Shown piece by piece: positions 22,316 through 32,031 of a DNA stretch of 64,000 nt. The position numbers and the translations under genes are program-made. Every line of letters begins with the position of its first letter. Position 1 is the stretch's first letter. The stretch is from a virus, in IMG/VR virus record IMGVR_UViG_3300036770_001413, positions 43,546 to 107,545 of that record; one strand, given 5' to 3'. The notes beneath the pieces were generated by a model. That model made no database searches and was not told where the DNA came from. It worked only from the letters and a program-made list of their open reading frames with translations.

Positions 22316-22864
22316 CTACTCAATTCCATATAAAGCATAAAAAGATTTTGTTCCAAAATTAGCGTTTTGCTGAAATACCGTTATGGAAGTAATTGCTGCA
22401 GTGTTACGCCATAAACCAGAGGCTGAGACCAAAGATCCACCGCCATTTCTATCACAACCACCTATACCTCTTATAGATTTAAAAGTATTTGATGTATAAT
22501 TTAAAATATCAATTATACTTGATGCTACTGTATTGCCAGAATTAAGAAAGGCGCCAGATCCAGTTTCTGCAAAAGTTGTAGAAATAAGAATACTACTCCC
22601 TAACGTGCTACCATTTGCACTAAATTGAGCTCTAGTATAATTACCAGAAGTATCTCCATTAATTCTAATTCCTACTGATCCTTCGTCATTATTGGCATAG
22701 CCAGGAGCTTGCCCAATGCCTCTTATTTGCAAGTGTTTATAAGTTTGAGGAATATCAGAAAATGTAATACTTTGAGATGAACCCGTACCCGAAGCGCTAG
22801 CTATAGAAACAAAAGAACCAGAAATTGAATAACTTGAAGCAATAGTTCCTAATATTGGGGTCAA
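22316..22864 (-). CDS. tail-tip paralogue (LYGI family)
   Basis: ITFSDIPQTYKHLQIRGI...IIDILNY...GLWRNTAAITSI. Confidence 0.6.
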   Translation of the reverse strand: MTPILGTIASSYSISGSFVSIASASGTGSSQSITFSDIPQTYKHLQIRGIGQAPGYANNDEGSVGIRINGDTSGNYTRAQFSANGSTLGSSILISTTFAETGSGAFLNSGNTVASSIIDILNYTSNTFKSIRGIGGCDRNGGGSLVSASGLWRNTAAITSITVFQQNANFGTKSFYALYGIE

Positions 22865-23505
22865 GAAATATCACCAACTACGTACCAAAGGTCTGTTGCT
22901 GCTTTGATTAGCGTAGCTGATGAATATTGGACTCTTAATTTTGGAGCCGCCGCCGTTGCACCTGTACTAGCTACAGTGGTTGTACCAGAGGTTACGGCGT
23001 TAATAGTCACCTGTCCTGCGCCAATTTGAATAATATTAATTTGTGCTCCTACTGGAAATGCTACTGAAGCATTTGTAGGAATTGAATATGTTTGAGCGGA
23101 AGCATTAGATGCTGTTACTAATTTTCCATTATCCGCCAACACAAATGTATATGTAGTTCCAGTTTGTGCATTTAATGTAAGGTTTAATTTAGGATCATTA
23201 ATTTCTGGACTTGTTAATGTCTTATTTGTAAGAGTTTGAGATCCTGTAAGTGTAGCAACTGTGGAATCTACTGATAATGTTACTCCGCCAGAATTTCCGC
23301 CTCCGCTTAAACCTGTGCCCGCTGTAACTCCAGTGATATCCCCATCTGTTACTGTATATCCCAAAGAAGTCCATGCAGTTGATCCATCGCCAACCTTCAT
23401 CTTCTTTGTATCTGTTTCGAATCCTATTTCTCCCGCCGCCAAAACAGTGTTGGCGGAAGTCCAAGAAGACGCTGATCCCCTTTTAACTTGAATTACTGCT
23501 GCCAT
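22861..23505 (-). CDS. Mtd-N-like domain plus adaptor domain tail protein
   Basis: IQVKRGSASSW...LAAGEIGFETDTKKMKVGDG; ends WYVVGDIS. Confidence 0.7.
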   Translation of the reverse strand: MAAVIQVKRGSASSWTSANTVLAAGEIGFETDTKKMKVGDGSTAWTSLGYTVTDGDITGVTAGTGLSGGGNSGGVTLSVDSTVATLTGSQTLTNKTLTSPEINDPKLNLTLNAQTGTTYTFVLADNGKLVTASNASAQTYSIPTNASVAFPVGAQINIIQIGAGQVTINAVTSGTTTVASTGATAAAPKLRVQYSSATLIKAATDLWYVVGDIS

Positions 23506-23654
23506 TATACTGTTCCTCCATCGAATGTTTGTGTTGCTGTTGAATCTATTGTATTATAAACATTGCCTTCTTGCAAAGCGTCTACCAGACCGCCGTCCAA
23601 ATTATCTCCAGCGGCGAAGTCAGAAGAATCCGCTATTGCTCTAGCCTTGCTCAT
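23505..23654 (-). CDS. 49-aa connector peptide (not in ORF track)
   Basis: MSKARAIADSSDFAAGDNLDGGLVDALQEGNVYNNIDSTATQTFDGGTV; GGAGG RBS; stop overlaps next ATG. Confidence 0.6.
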   Translation of the reverse strand: MSKARAIADSSDFAAGDNLDGGLVDALQEGNVYNTIDSTATQTFDGGTV

Positions 23655-23663
23655 AATACCTCC

Positions 23664-23909
23664 TTATAGTCCTAAAGCTTTTAGATCTTCTGCTGTCAAA
23701 CCTAGTGCGGCTAACTTTGCTTCTGCCGCATTTTTTTTAGCCAAAGCATCTGCTTCTTTTTGTAAAATTTCTAATTGAATATCTGCATATTCATTACATG
23801 CCGCCTCATACTCTTCAGAATTTAATTCAAAAACCTCATCTTCAACTCCTTTATAAAGTTTTGGATTTTCTATTTTATAATCATTAATTATTTCTTCTTT
23901 TGTCTTCAT
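23664..23909 (-). CDS. tail-fibre chaperone-like protein
   Basis: AEAKLAALGLTAEDLKALGL C-terminus. Confidence 0.55.
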   Translation of the reverse strand: MKTKEEIINDYKIENPKLYKGVEDEVFELNSEEYEAACNEYADIQLEILQKEADALAKKNAAEAKLAALGLTAEDLKALGL

Positions 23910-23917
23910 GTCATCTC

Positions 23918-25132
23918 CTATAATGCAAATCCATAAATTGTAATATTTCCAGCAATATTTGACGAAGTAGTGTTTGATAGCCTTATTCCATTGTATGAAG
24001 TTCCTACATCATGAATGCCAGCAAACCAACCTTGTCGTCTGCTTGCACCTGCATTTGTTGTATGCTGAGACCAGTAATGTGTGGGAACGGCATTAAATGG
24101 ATTCCATAATACACAGTGAAAGTATCCTCTTTCTCCTCCACTATTTGAATTTCCAATTGTTCCTCTTGCAGCATTTGATGCACCTTCTGGATAATGTGTT
24201 CCAGCATAATCAACTGCAGATTTTGCAAAATTGTAATTTGCAGTATTTGGTGTTCCTGATGCCATTAGTTGAAATGCTAATCCTCCGCCTGAAGATGATC
24301 TTTCGTCTCCTATTAATAAATAGTGGTCATAAGTTTGAGAAAATACACTAGAAATGTCATATGTGGTCACACCACTAAAAGAATAATATCCTATTTTGAC
24401 TAGTCCTCCACTTGAAGGAGTAGTCCAACTTGGAACTCCGCCAGAAATTCCTAATACCTGTCCTGTGCTACCAATTCCAAGTCTAGCTGGAGTATTTGCG
24501 GCGGAGGCATAAATAATATCACCTGTAGTTGTAGTTAAAGATTTTGGAATTGCTGCATTTGCTAAATCATATGCTGATTTAACCGCAGTTGGTGTTGCTG
24601 CTAAAACTGAAGATGTGGTAGATGTTGAATCTGATAATTGAACTGCTCCTGACTGAGAGGTAGAAGCAGATTGAATTCCTATTGTTACTGCTCCGCTTGT
24701 TCCACCGCCTGTTAAAGGAGATGAGGCTGTGACGCTTTCAATATCTCCAGGAAGAGAAACTGATCCCCCTAATGATACTGCATTTCCATTAATAGTAATG
24801 CTTGAATTAGTCAATTGTGCATTACTTACTGTTCCAGTCAAAGATGTTGTAGGAACTGATGCTACGCTAAAATTATTATAGCAATTTACCTGAACAAAGT
24901 CTGAAGCAGACAATGCAGCGAGTCCCGTAATTGATGTTCCATTTGTAGCTGTATAGTCATCTCCACGAACTAGAAGAATACCATTGAGATATACTTGTTC
25001 CTGCCCTGGAGTATATGAAAGAGCTTGTGATGCATTATCATATCCTGAGAGAGATGTCTCTCCGCCTGCCGCCGTCTTTCTCCAGATAAGACTTGTTAGC
25101 ACACCATTAGCTGGTGGATATTGATCTATCAT
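23918..25132 (-). CDS. multi-domain tail fibre
   Basis: QVYLNGILL..DYT domain, GAVQLSDST...AATPTAVKSAYD fibre repeat, tip domain. Confidence 0.7.
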   Translation of the reverse strand: MIDQYPPANGVLTSLIWRKTAAGGETSLSGYDNASQALSYTPGQEQVYLNGILLVRGDDYTATNGTSITGLAALSASDFVQVNCYNNFSVASVPTTSLTGTVSNAQLTNSSITINGNAVSLGGSVSLPGDIESVTASSPLTGGGTSGAVTIGIQSASTSQSGAVQLSDSTSTTSSVLAATPTAVKSAYDLANAAIPKSLTTTTGDIIYASAANTPARLGIGSTGQVLGISGGVPSWTTPSSGGLVKIGYYSFSGVTTYDISSVFSQTYDHYLLIGDERSSSGGGLAFQLMASGTPNTANYNFAKSAVDYAGTHYPEGASNAARGTIGNSNSGGERGYFHCVLWNPFNAVPTHYWSQHTTNAGASRRQGWFAGIHDVGTSYNGIRLSNTTSSNIAGNITIYGFAL

Positions 25133-25431
25133 GAAATCTCAACTCCTGACACATGCAGTTTAACATCTGCGCTTGTTGCAAATCCTGCCACAATGTCCCC
25201 TGTCGGAATTACGGTCTTTGGCTGAATCGTAATAACCGTATTTGCCGAAATTGGGACGGTAGGCAAAATATTTACGCCATCTACTGTCATTGTAACATAT
25301 TGTTGATCTGAAGATGTATTTGAAACTACTATATCTGTTAGTACCGCCGTCGTTGCGGCGGGAACAGTATAAAGAGTAGTAGAAGATGTTGCTGCTGCTC
25401 CTCTATGAAATAATGTAGGTGTAACTGCCAT
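25129..25431 (-). CDS. small beta-sandwich tail adaptor
   Basis: TTLYTVPAATTAVLTDIVVSN...SGVEIS. Confidence 0.6.
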   Translation of the reverse strand: MAVTPTLFHRGAAATSSTTLYTVPAATTAVLTDIVVSNTSSDQQYVTMTVDGVNILPTVPISANTVITIQPKTVIPTGDIVAGFATSADVKLHVSGVEIS

Positions 25432-25842
25432 TTATAATACCCCCATCAAAGCATAAATATCAGCATTATTTGCAGTATCGGTATCTGTAAAAGTAATTGT
25501 TGTAGTGTCTGTTCCAGCATTATCTGCAAATGTAGCACCTACAAAATTAACAATTCCTCGTGGTGTAACGGTTGTTCCATTATTCTTAATTGTCTGATTA
25601 TATAATTTACCCCAGTTGATATTTGTACCATCTGACTGGATTGCATAATTTACTGTTCCGCCATTTTGTACTGGCAATAGGGCATTGATAGCATTAGTTG
25701 CTGATGTCTGTCCTGTTCCGCCAGCAGTTATTGGAAGTACGGCGGTAGAAGATATATTACCACTAGAATCAGTAGTTAATATAGCGGCGGAAGTAATCGG
25801 GATATTTAGTCCAGATTTTACTTTAAAGTTTTTATCTGCCAC
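25432..25842 (-). CDS. tail fibre connector
   Basis: DKNFKVKSGL N-terminus, ends YALMGVL. Confidence 0.55.
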   Translation of the reverse strand: MADKNFKVKSGLNIPITSAAILTTDSSGNISSTAVLPITAGGTGQTSATNAINALLPVQNGGTVNYAIQSDGTNINWGKLYNQTIKNNGTTVTPRGIVNFVGATFADNAGTDTTTITFTDTDTANNADIYALMGVL

Positions 25843-25852
25843 TTACTTCCTC

Positions 25853-28504
25853 CTATAACTTAACTTTGCTGAATTTTACATCTACGTTTGTGCTTGATGC
25901 ATCTGTTACTGTTGCTTGAAGAACTGCATCGGATCCTGATGTTGTAGCAGAAACTACTACCCCTGTCATTGTTCCACCAGTTTCGGTTATAGCAAATTCT
26001 GTCATATCTACAGAACTTCCATCGGTTTGCATTACAACCTTTGAAGTTCTTACCTTTGAACCCTGTTTTAGAGATACCATATATTCAATTGAGGTAAATG
26101 CTGATAGAGCGGTAGTGCTAATTGTAGTTGCAGTATTTGCGGTTAGAGTAGCTGTACCTGTCTCAATTGGAACAACTAGAGCTGCCCATGAAGCATTTGT
26201 ACCATCTGTAGTTAAATAATATCCGTTATTACCAGTTTGTGATGGAAGGGTTATTGGTGCCGCCGCCCATGAAGGAACTCCAGAGGCAAGCGTTAAAATT
26301 TGTCCATCTGTGCCCTTTGCTAATTTAGCAAGAGTGTCTGTAGCAGAAGCATAAAGAATATCTCCTGATGCATATGATGTTTGTCCTGTTCCACCTTTTG
26401 TTGGACCAATCGCTGTAGCGCTCCAAGTTCCTGCTGTGACTGTTCCAACTGTAGTGATGCTATCATCACCAGTATAAGTTCCACCAGCTACCGCTGCAAG
26501 GGTTGAGTTGTATGCCTGTACGTCTGTGCCAATTGCTAGTCCAAGATTTGTTCTTGCTACGCCTGCATCTGTTGCACCAGTTCCACCATTTGCTATTGCA
26601 ATTGTTGTTCCAGTCCATGTGCCAGTTGTAATTGTTCCAAGGGTTGTAATATTTGTGCTTCCACCCCAAGTTGATAAGGCAGTATTTTCAACATTACCTA
26701 ATCCAACTTTAGACTTAGATAGGGATGTAATCCAGGATGGATCAGAATAAGATCCAGTTGTAACTACTCCATTTGTTACAGTATCTGCATTTCCAGTTAA
26801 ATTACCAGTAAATGTTCCTGTAATTGTTTTATTGGTCAGAGTCTGTGCTGTACTCAGGTCAACAGTAACGCCTGTATCAATTGATAATGTTCCTGGTGTA
26901 GCTTCGGTTAAACCATTTCCAGCAATTACAACCTGACCAGCATTAAATTGTGTATATGAAATTGCTGTTGTTCCAATTGTAATTGTGCCAGTTGTGTTTA
27001 CGATATATCCAAAACCAGCATTTGTTGAACCTTGTTGTACAAACGTGAAATCTCCATATGCTACTTCACCTGCTGGCGAGTTATCGGCATCCGTTGCACG
27101 AGTTAAAACCCATGGATTTGAAACATCTCCTGTAGATGTTACTTCGTAAATACCATTTTCTAATCCTGTCGTCTGATTCTTTACGAGTACACGCTCAGAA
27201 GCATTTAGAGTGTGTCCATCTACTACAAGAGCTCCGTTGGCGTTTGCAGTAAGAGTTGCTCCTACTCCACCTGTTCCATTTGCATATGTTGCATCTAGAT
27301 TTGCAGTTGTTGCTGCATGAACGGCAGCATGGAAGTTTAGTCCAGCAGTAGTGTTATCTACATAAGCCTTTGTTGCGGCATCTCCTGAAGCAGTAGGTGT
27401 TCCAAGATTTGTAATTTTGTATGCGCCCATATCAATATTTGCAGTAGGCGTTCCAACTGCGCTTAGGGCAAATTCAGATGGATCTACAGATATTGCTCCA
27501 GTATTGTCGTCATAATCTAGACCGTTTCCAACGGCATTTCCGACAGCATCCTGAGCATTTTCATCTGTATATGTTACTGCACCTGTGAAGCTTAATGAAT
27601 TAGCATTATCATTATATGTGATTGTAATATTTGTATGAGTTCCTGCTGCTATTGCTGCCGCCACAGCATCTTGAGCTCTTTCATCTGTAAAATATTGATT
27701 AGTTCCTTCTTCAATATCTGTTGTGGACAAGGCATTAATTGCGCTTGTAATATCTGAAGTTAAAGCAACTGTTCCAGTTGCATCTGGGAGTGTCAATGTA
27801 CGATCTACAGTAGGATCTGTGACCGTAAGCGTAGTTTCATGATCATTTGCAGTTCCCTCAAAGACAATGCTTGAGTCTGAAAGATATAGTCCAGAAACTA
27901 CTGGAGATGTTAAAGTTTTATTTGTTAAAGTATCTGTTGTTGCACGACCAACTAATGTGTCTGTTGCATCTGGAAGAGTTAATGTGCGATCATCTGTTGG
28001 CTCTCCAACCGTCAATGTGGTCTCATATGAGTCTGCAACTGCACCTTCAAATACGATGCTTGCATCAGACAGAGTTAGACCAGAAACGACGGGGGATGTA
28101 AGAGTCTTATTAGTTAATGTATCAGTAGTATCAGTTCCTACTAGAGTAGTGGTAGCATCTGGGAATGTTACAGTTCTATCGTCTGTTGCATTTGAACTTG
28201 TAAGAGTTACGGTGTATGTATCTGTAAGCTCAATGTCTGTGCCTGGAACAAATAGATTTCCGTCCACAAGTTCTGCTACGGTTACGCTTAAATCTCCAGT
28301 CTCTAAATATCCATTTAAAGTATTATTTAAATCTCCTGGAACTACGTTTGCATATGCAGTAATTGAATTCCATGGAGTGGAACCAGTACCTACTTTAAAT
28401 TTAAGGGTATCTGTTTCAATACCTATTTCTCCCGCCCGCAATGTTGGATTTGATGAAACCCAATTTGCTGCGGTATCCCTACGAAGTTGAATTCTAACTG
28501 CCAT
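25853..28504 (-). CDS. long tail fibre with Mtd-N-like domain
   Basis: [32 protein letters not shown]; [10 protein letters not shown] repeats; DAATKAYVD. Confidence 0.78.
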   Translation of the reverse strand: MAVRIQLRRDTAANWVSSNPTLRAGEIGIETDTLKFKVGTGSTPWNSITAYANVVPGDLNNTLNGYLETGDLSVTVAELVDGNLFVPGTDIELTDTYTVTLTSSNATDDRTVTFPDATTTLVGTDTTDTLTNKTLTSPVVSGLTLSDASIVFEGAVADSYETTLTVGEPTDDRTLTLPDATDTLVGRATTDTLTNKTLTSPVVSGLYLSDSSIVFEGTANDHETTLTVTDPTVDRTLTLPDATGTVALTSDITSAINALSTTDIEEGTNQYFTDERAQDAVAAAIAAGTHTNITITYNDNANSLSFTGAVTYTDENAQDAVGNAVGNGLDYDDNTGAISVDPSEFALSAVGTPTANIDMGAYKITNLGTPTASGDAATKAYVDNTTAGLNFHAAVHAATTANLDATYANGTGGVGATLTANANGALVVDGHTLNASERVLVKNQTTGLENGIYEVTSTGDVSNPWVLTRATDADNSPAGEVAYGDFTFVQQGSTNAGFGYIVNTTGTITIGTTAISYTQFNAGQVVIAGNGLTEATPGTLSIDTGVTVDLSTAQTLTNKTITGTFTGNLTGNADTVTNGVVTTGSYSDPSWITSLSKSKVGLGNVENTALSTWGGSTNITTLGTITTGTWTGTTIAIANGGTGATDAGVARTNLGLAIGTDVQAYNSTLAAVAGGTYTGDDSITTVGTVTAGTWSATAIGPTKGGTGQTSYASGDILYASATDTLAKLAKGTDGQILTLASGVPSWAAAPITLPSQTGNNGYYLTTDGTNASWAALVVPIETGTATLTANTATTISTTALSAFTSIEYMVSLKQGSKVRTSKVVMQTDGSSVDMTEFAITETGGTMTGVVVSATTSGSDAVLQATVTDASSTNVDVKFSKVKL

Positions 28505-28507
28505 TTG

Positions 28508-28963
28508 CTATGCACTCCCTCCATCTATTATATCATTATTAGGTGCTGATGCATAGGATGTACTTGCGGTTCCGCCGTCCATAGAAACAATATAATTTAA
28601 TTCATCTACATATTGTCCATAGTCTACATGCCTTACTAATCCTTCGCCTGCATAGTGCTGGTGGTCTAACAATTCTTTTGGTCCAGCCACATCATACCAA
28701 ATTGTTCCATTGTAAGCTTTTATTGTTTGTTCATTTGTATCAAAATATACTGAACCTTGCGTTGGGCTATTTGGAGCTGTATCTAGAGATTGAATTGCTG
28801 ATGCTGAAGATGAAGCTCCTGTTCCTACTGCCGTCCAAGTTGTGCCATTATAAAATTTTAAAACATTTGCAGTAGTATTGTAATAAATAGCACCAGTTAC
28901 CCCGCTTGCTGGATCTGAAGCCAGCGAAGGCGGGGCAATCGGTGTTAAATATTTTTTAGCCAC
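28508..28963 (-). CDS. tail fibre connector
   Basis: two G.IY(Y/F).T....K.YNGT.W repeats; ends IIDGGSA. Confidence 0.55.
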   Translation of the reverse strand: MAKKYLTPIAPPSLASDPASGVTGAIYYNTTANVLKFYNGTTWTAVGTGASSSASAIQSLDTAPNSPTQGSVYFDTNEQTIKAYNGTIWYDVAGPKELLDHQHYAGEGLVRHVDYGQYVDELNYIVSMDGGTASTSYASAPNNDIIDGGSA

Positions 28964-28965
28964 TA

Positions 28966-30852
28966 TTAGCCAACCACTACTACCCTGTACTGATTAGATG
29001 TCGGAGCTACAGCAAACTTAATAGTCAAATTATTGCTATCAGTATGTTCTACGTCTGCTTCGACTTGTGCGTATGGGGATGCATTCTCATATACATGAAC
29101 CGACACATCTCTTGTTGCAAGAGCATGAGTTACTGTATAGGAAGTTGCTGATCCGTCACCAACATTGAATGCTAGTTTGCGAGTTCCATATCCATTTGCA
29201 GTATCAAATACTAGGGCTCCACCACTAAATGTGAGTCCTGTACCGTTATTAATACCAAGTCCAGAAGCTGTTACTTCTAGACCATCATTTGTGTTTACCT
29301 TTACTTCTACTGCTCCGCCAGTATTTGTAAGAGAGGCATTTCCTGAGGTAGGAGTTACATCTACGCTAAATGTACTTCCATTTAGGCTTAGTCCATCTCC
29401 TGCTAGGTAAGTACCTGCACCAGAGAACTGAGTAAAACTAATTGGATCTGCACCGATTGTTGCAGGGGATAGAGTTTGTACCCATCCCGTATTTGCGTAG
29501 TTAGTACCAACTGATACAAAGACAAAGTCACCAGACTTAACTTCTGTCGGAGTGTCAAAATCTGTTGCACGAACTGCTGCTCCAGAGGCTTGTACAACAT
29601 AGATACCATTTTGTGACTGTGTTGACTGTCCATTGACAAGAACACGATCACCAGCTACAAGAGTAATACCATCAATTACGTCTCCAGCTTCTAAGTCTGT
29701 TGACAAATCAATATTTGTTGCTACATATACTCTAGCTGCAGCATGAACATGTAGACCTTCAGAAACTGCATCTACGTATGCCTTATTTGCAGCGTCTCCA
29801 CTATTTGTTGGAGCTGCTAGGTTTGTAATCTTTTGACTATTTGCATTAAGGTCTGCAGAAAGAGTTGTTCCTGAACCTAATGTTTTATTTGTTAAAGTTT
29901 GTGTTCCATCATTTGTGGTGACAGTTGAATCAATATCAATTGTAAGAGTTCCAGCACCATCATTATATAATTTATCTAAGCCTGTTCCAGCAACAATTAA
30001 GTTGGCTGTAACATCTTCTATACGATCAACATTTACTGTTACTGCTCCAGATGTTACTGTAAAGTCTGTTGCGTCAAATGATGCGATACCTTTGTTTGAT
30101 GATGTTGCATCCTCGGCAGCTACAGTAATAGTATTTGAAGCATGTGTTACATCTACACCTTCTCCTCCAAGAATTGAAATTCCATGTGAGGATGGAGTAA
30201 GAGCTCCAGAATCTGTAGTTACTGATTTTACAACTGTATCTTCTAGCTCTACAGCACCATCGGTTACGTTAAAATCATCGGCATTGAAAGATGCGATACC
30301 TTTATTTGTGGTGCTAGCATCTTCTCCTGCAACTGTAAGGGTTCCATTGGCATCGTCATATGTTACATCAATGCCCTCGCCCTCTTTTACGAGACCAGTA
30401 ACTGCATCAGCTACGGTGTCATCGATAAATTCTGCTAAATCTGTAACTTGAGATGTAGCAATTTGAATGTCTTGCTCATTTGCTGCGGTTAATCTACCTT
30501 GAGCATCTACTGTAAATGATGCAGTCTTTGCTGCGGTAGTTCCGTAGCTTCCAGCAGTTACTGCTGTGTTATCTAAATCAATTGTTGTATGACCAGTTCC
30601 TGCATCATCATAACTTGCTGTTAATCCAGTTCCGCCAATTACGGAAGAACCGATAACGTCTTGAATTACTTCAGTTGAACCAGAAGCTGGCACCCATGCG
30701 GTTCCATTGTAGAAATACAAAACATTTGCTGTTGTGTCGAAATAAATTTGACCCGCTACTGGACTCGACGGCGCAGAGCTGAGGTTGTGGATTCTGGCAT
30801 TCTGAAGTTCATTCTTGTTCAGATTTATGCCAGTTACGAATAATCTTGCCAT
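28966..30852 (-). CDS. tail fibre (proximal) protein
   Basis: APSSPVAGQIYFD, KGIASF repeats, DAANKAYVD, C-terminal VTHALATRDVSVHVY domain. Confidence 0.7.
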   Translation of the reverse strand: MARLFVTGINLNKNELQNARIHNLSSAPSSPVAGQIYFDTTANVLYFYNGTAWVPASGSTEVIQDVIGSSVIGGTGLTASYDDAGTGHTTIDLDNTAVTAGSYGTTAAKTASFTVDAQGRLTAANEQDIQIATSQVTDLAEFIDDTVADAVTGLVKEGEGIDVTYDDANGTLTVAGEDASTTNKGIASFNADDFNVTDGAVELEDTVVKSVTTDSGALTPSSHGISILGGEGVDVTHASNTITVAAEDATSSNKGIASFDATDFTVTSGAVTVNVDRIEDVTANLIVAGTGLDKLYNDGAGTLTIDIDSTVTTNDGTQTLTNKTLGSGTTLSADLNANSQKITNLAAPTNSGDAANKAYVDAVSEGLHVHAAARVYVATNIDLSTDLEAGDVIDGITLVAGDRVLVNGQSTQSQNGIYVVQASGAAVRATDFDTPTEVKSGDFVFVSVGTNYANTGWVQTLSPATIGADPISFTQFSGAGTYLAGDGLSLNGSTFSVDVTPTSGNASLTNTGGAVEVKVNTNDGLEVTASGLGINNGTGLTFSGGALVFDTANGYGTRKLAFNVGDGSATSYTVTHALATRDVSVHVYENASPYAQVEADVEHTDSNNLTIKFAVAPTSNQYRVVVVG

Positions 30853-30861
30853 TTTTTCTCC

Positions 30862-31317
30862 TTACGACAGGTACGCTGTCCCTGAGAATGGTTGAGCCAT
30901 TGTCAGTGTTATTTGATTGATACTATTATAATCTATTCCTGTTTCCAATATGTCGCCAGCGCTAGTCTTTACCGTTACATTTGGATAAAAGCCTAAATTA
31001 TGATTTATTACAAGTGAATATATACCAGATACTGGGCCTGTTACTTGACCAATTTCCCAAGAGTATGAAAATGCATAATCCGCACCCTCTTGAATAAATT
31101 TAATAACTGCTGCCCCAGACCAAGATCCATCGGTAAGCTTTGGACCATAGAAATCTGTTGTTGCTGTATTATAATAAAAATCTCCAGTCAAACCTAAATT
31201 GTTTGAAGGGACGCCTGAGCCATTTAGGATAGTTCTTCCTCTAGGGCCCTGAGGTCCTGGAGATGCCACTATGACATTATTTCTAGAAGAATTTACCGTA
31301 ATTAGATTTTCGGTCAT
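30862..31317 (-). CDS. tail/baseplate-associated protein
   Basis: short PGPQGPRG, INHNLGFYPNVTV domain. Confidence 0.55.
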   Translation of the reverse strand: MTENLITVNSSRNNVIVASPGPQGPRGRTILNGSGVPSNNLGLTGDFYYNTATTDFYGPKLTDGSWSGAAVIKFIQEGADYAFSYSWEIGQVTGPVSGIYSLVINHNLGFYPNVTVKTSAGDILETGIDYNSINQITLTMAQPFSGTAYLS

Positions 31318-31658
31318 ACGGTCACCGTCCTTTTAAGATTAATATAGCCACCGAGTAATTTAGTTTTAACTAAATTTGAGTCTGTGACAATAAGGTCATA
31401 AATAGATTTTGGATAGAATATTTTCTTAGTTTGAGTTGGAGTCATTCTGACGGTTACTTTTCCTAAAGCCCCGTCAATTGTTATTCCTCCGCTAGGTGAT
31501 GTTAAAGTAAAGGCAAGCTTTTGACCTGTTGCATCCCGAACCTGCATTTTTGCGGTAGCACCAGTAAGATCGATGATTGCATCATCTGGATCTTTATATT
31601 CTACTACGAATGTGAAAGTTGTATCCTGATCCACATCCCAATTTTTTTGTCCTGCCAT
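31314..31658 (-). CDS. baseplate upper (BppU-N-like) fibre-anchoring protein
   Basis: DQDTTFTF..YKD....IDLTGATAKMQVR..YDL pattern. Confidence 0.55.
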   Translation of the reverse strand: MAGQKNWDVDQDTTFTFVVEYKDPDDAIIDLTGATAKMQVRDATGQKLAFTLTSPSGGITIDGALGKVTVRMTPTQTKKIFYPKSIYDLIVTDSNLVKTKLLGGYINLKRTVTV

Positions 31659-31734
31659 TTGCTGAAAATCTCCTAAATAGGAAAACTCCTATGCCCATTT
31701 TAGCACAGGAGTTATCCTAATCTACTTACTTAAA

Positions 31735-31962
31735 TTATACCTTTTTGGTAAATCCAAATGAACTTTCGTTTGGATTCAATGCCTTCAGAATAACTGGAAG
31801 ACATGCTGCAATACCACCCTTAATTAAATCTCCTGGGTCGGTGTTGCCAGTCATATATAGAGCAATGGCGGCACCTAAAAAGTGACGACCATAGCTTGCT
31901 AACGCTGCTAGAATTTTCTCTTGCATTGTTACCTTTCCGTCTTGATTAAGATCTTCTTTCAT
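31735..31962 (-). CDS. holin-like membrane protein
   Basis: two hydrophobic segments; ALASYGRHF...ALNP...FG. Confidence 0.55.
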   Translation of the reverse strand: MKEDLNQDGKVTMQEKILAALASYGRHFLGAAIALYMTGNTDPGDLIKGGIAACLPVILKALNPNESSFGFTKKV

Positions 31963-32031
31963 AAAGACCTCCTGTATCTGGGCACGGTGCCCAGGAATTT
32001 TGGGGGTTAGCCCAATACTAATATTGTAGCA

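Noticed and set aside
17862-28504. Diversity-generating retroelement suggested by Mtd-N-like domains
   Set aside because: No reverse transcriptase and no TR/VR pair differing at adenines seen in this window; Mtd-N is only an assembly domain.
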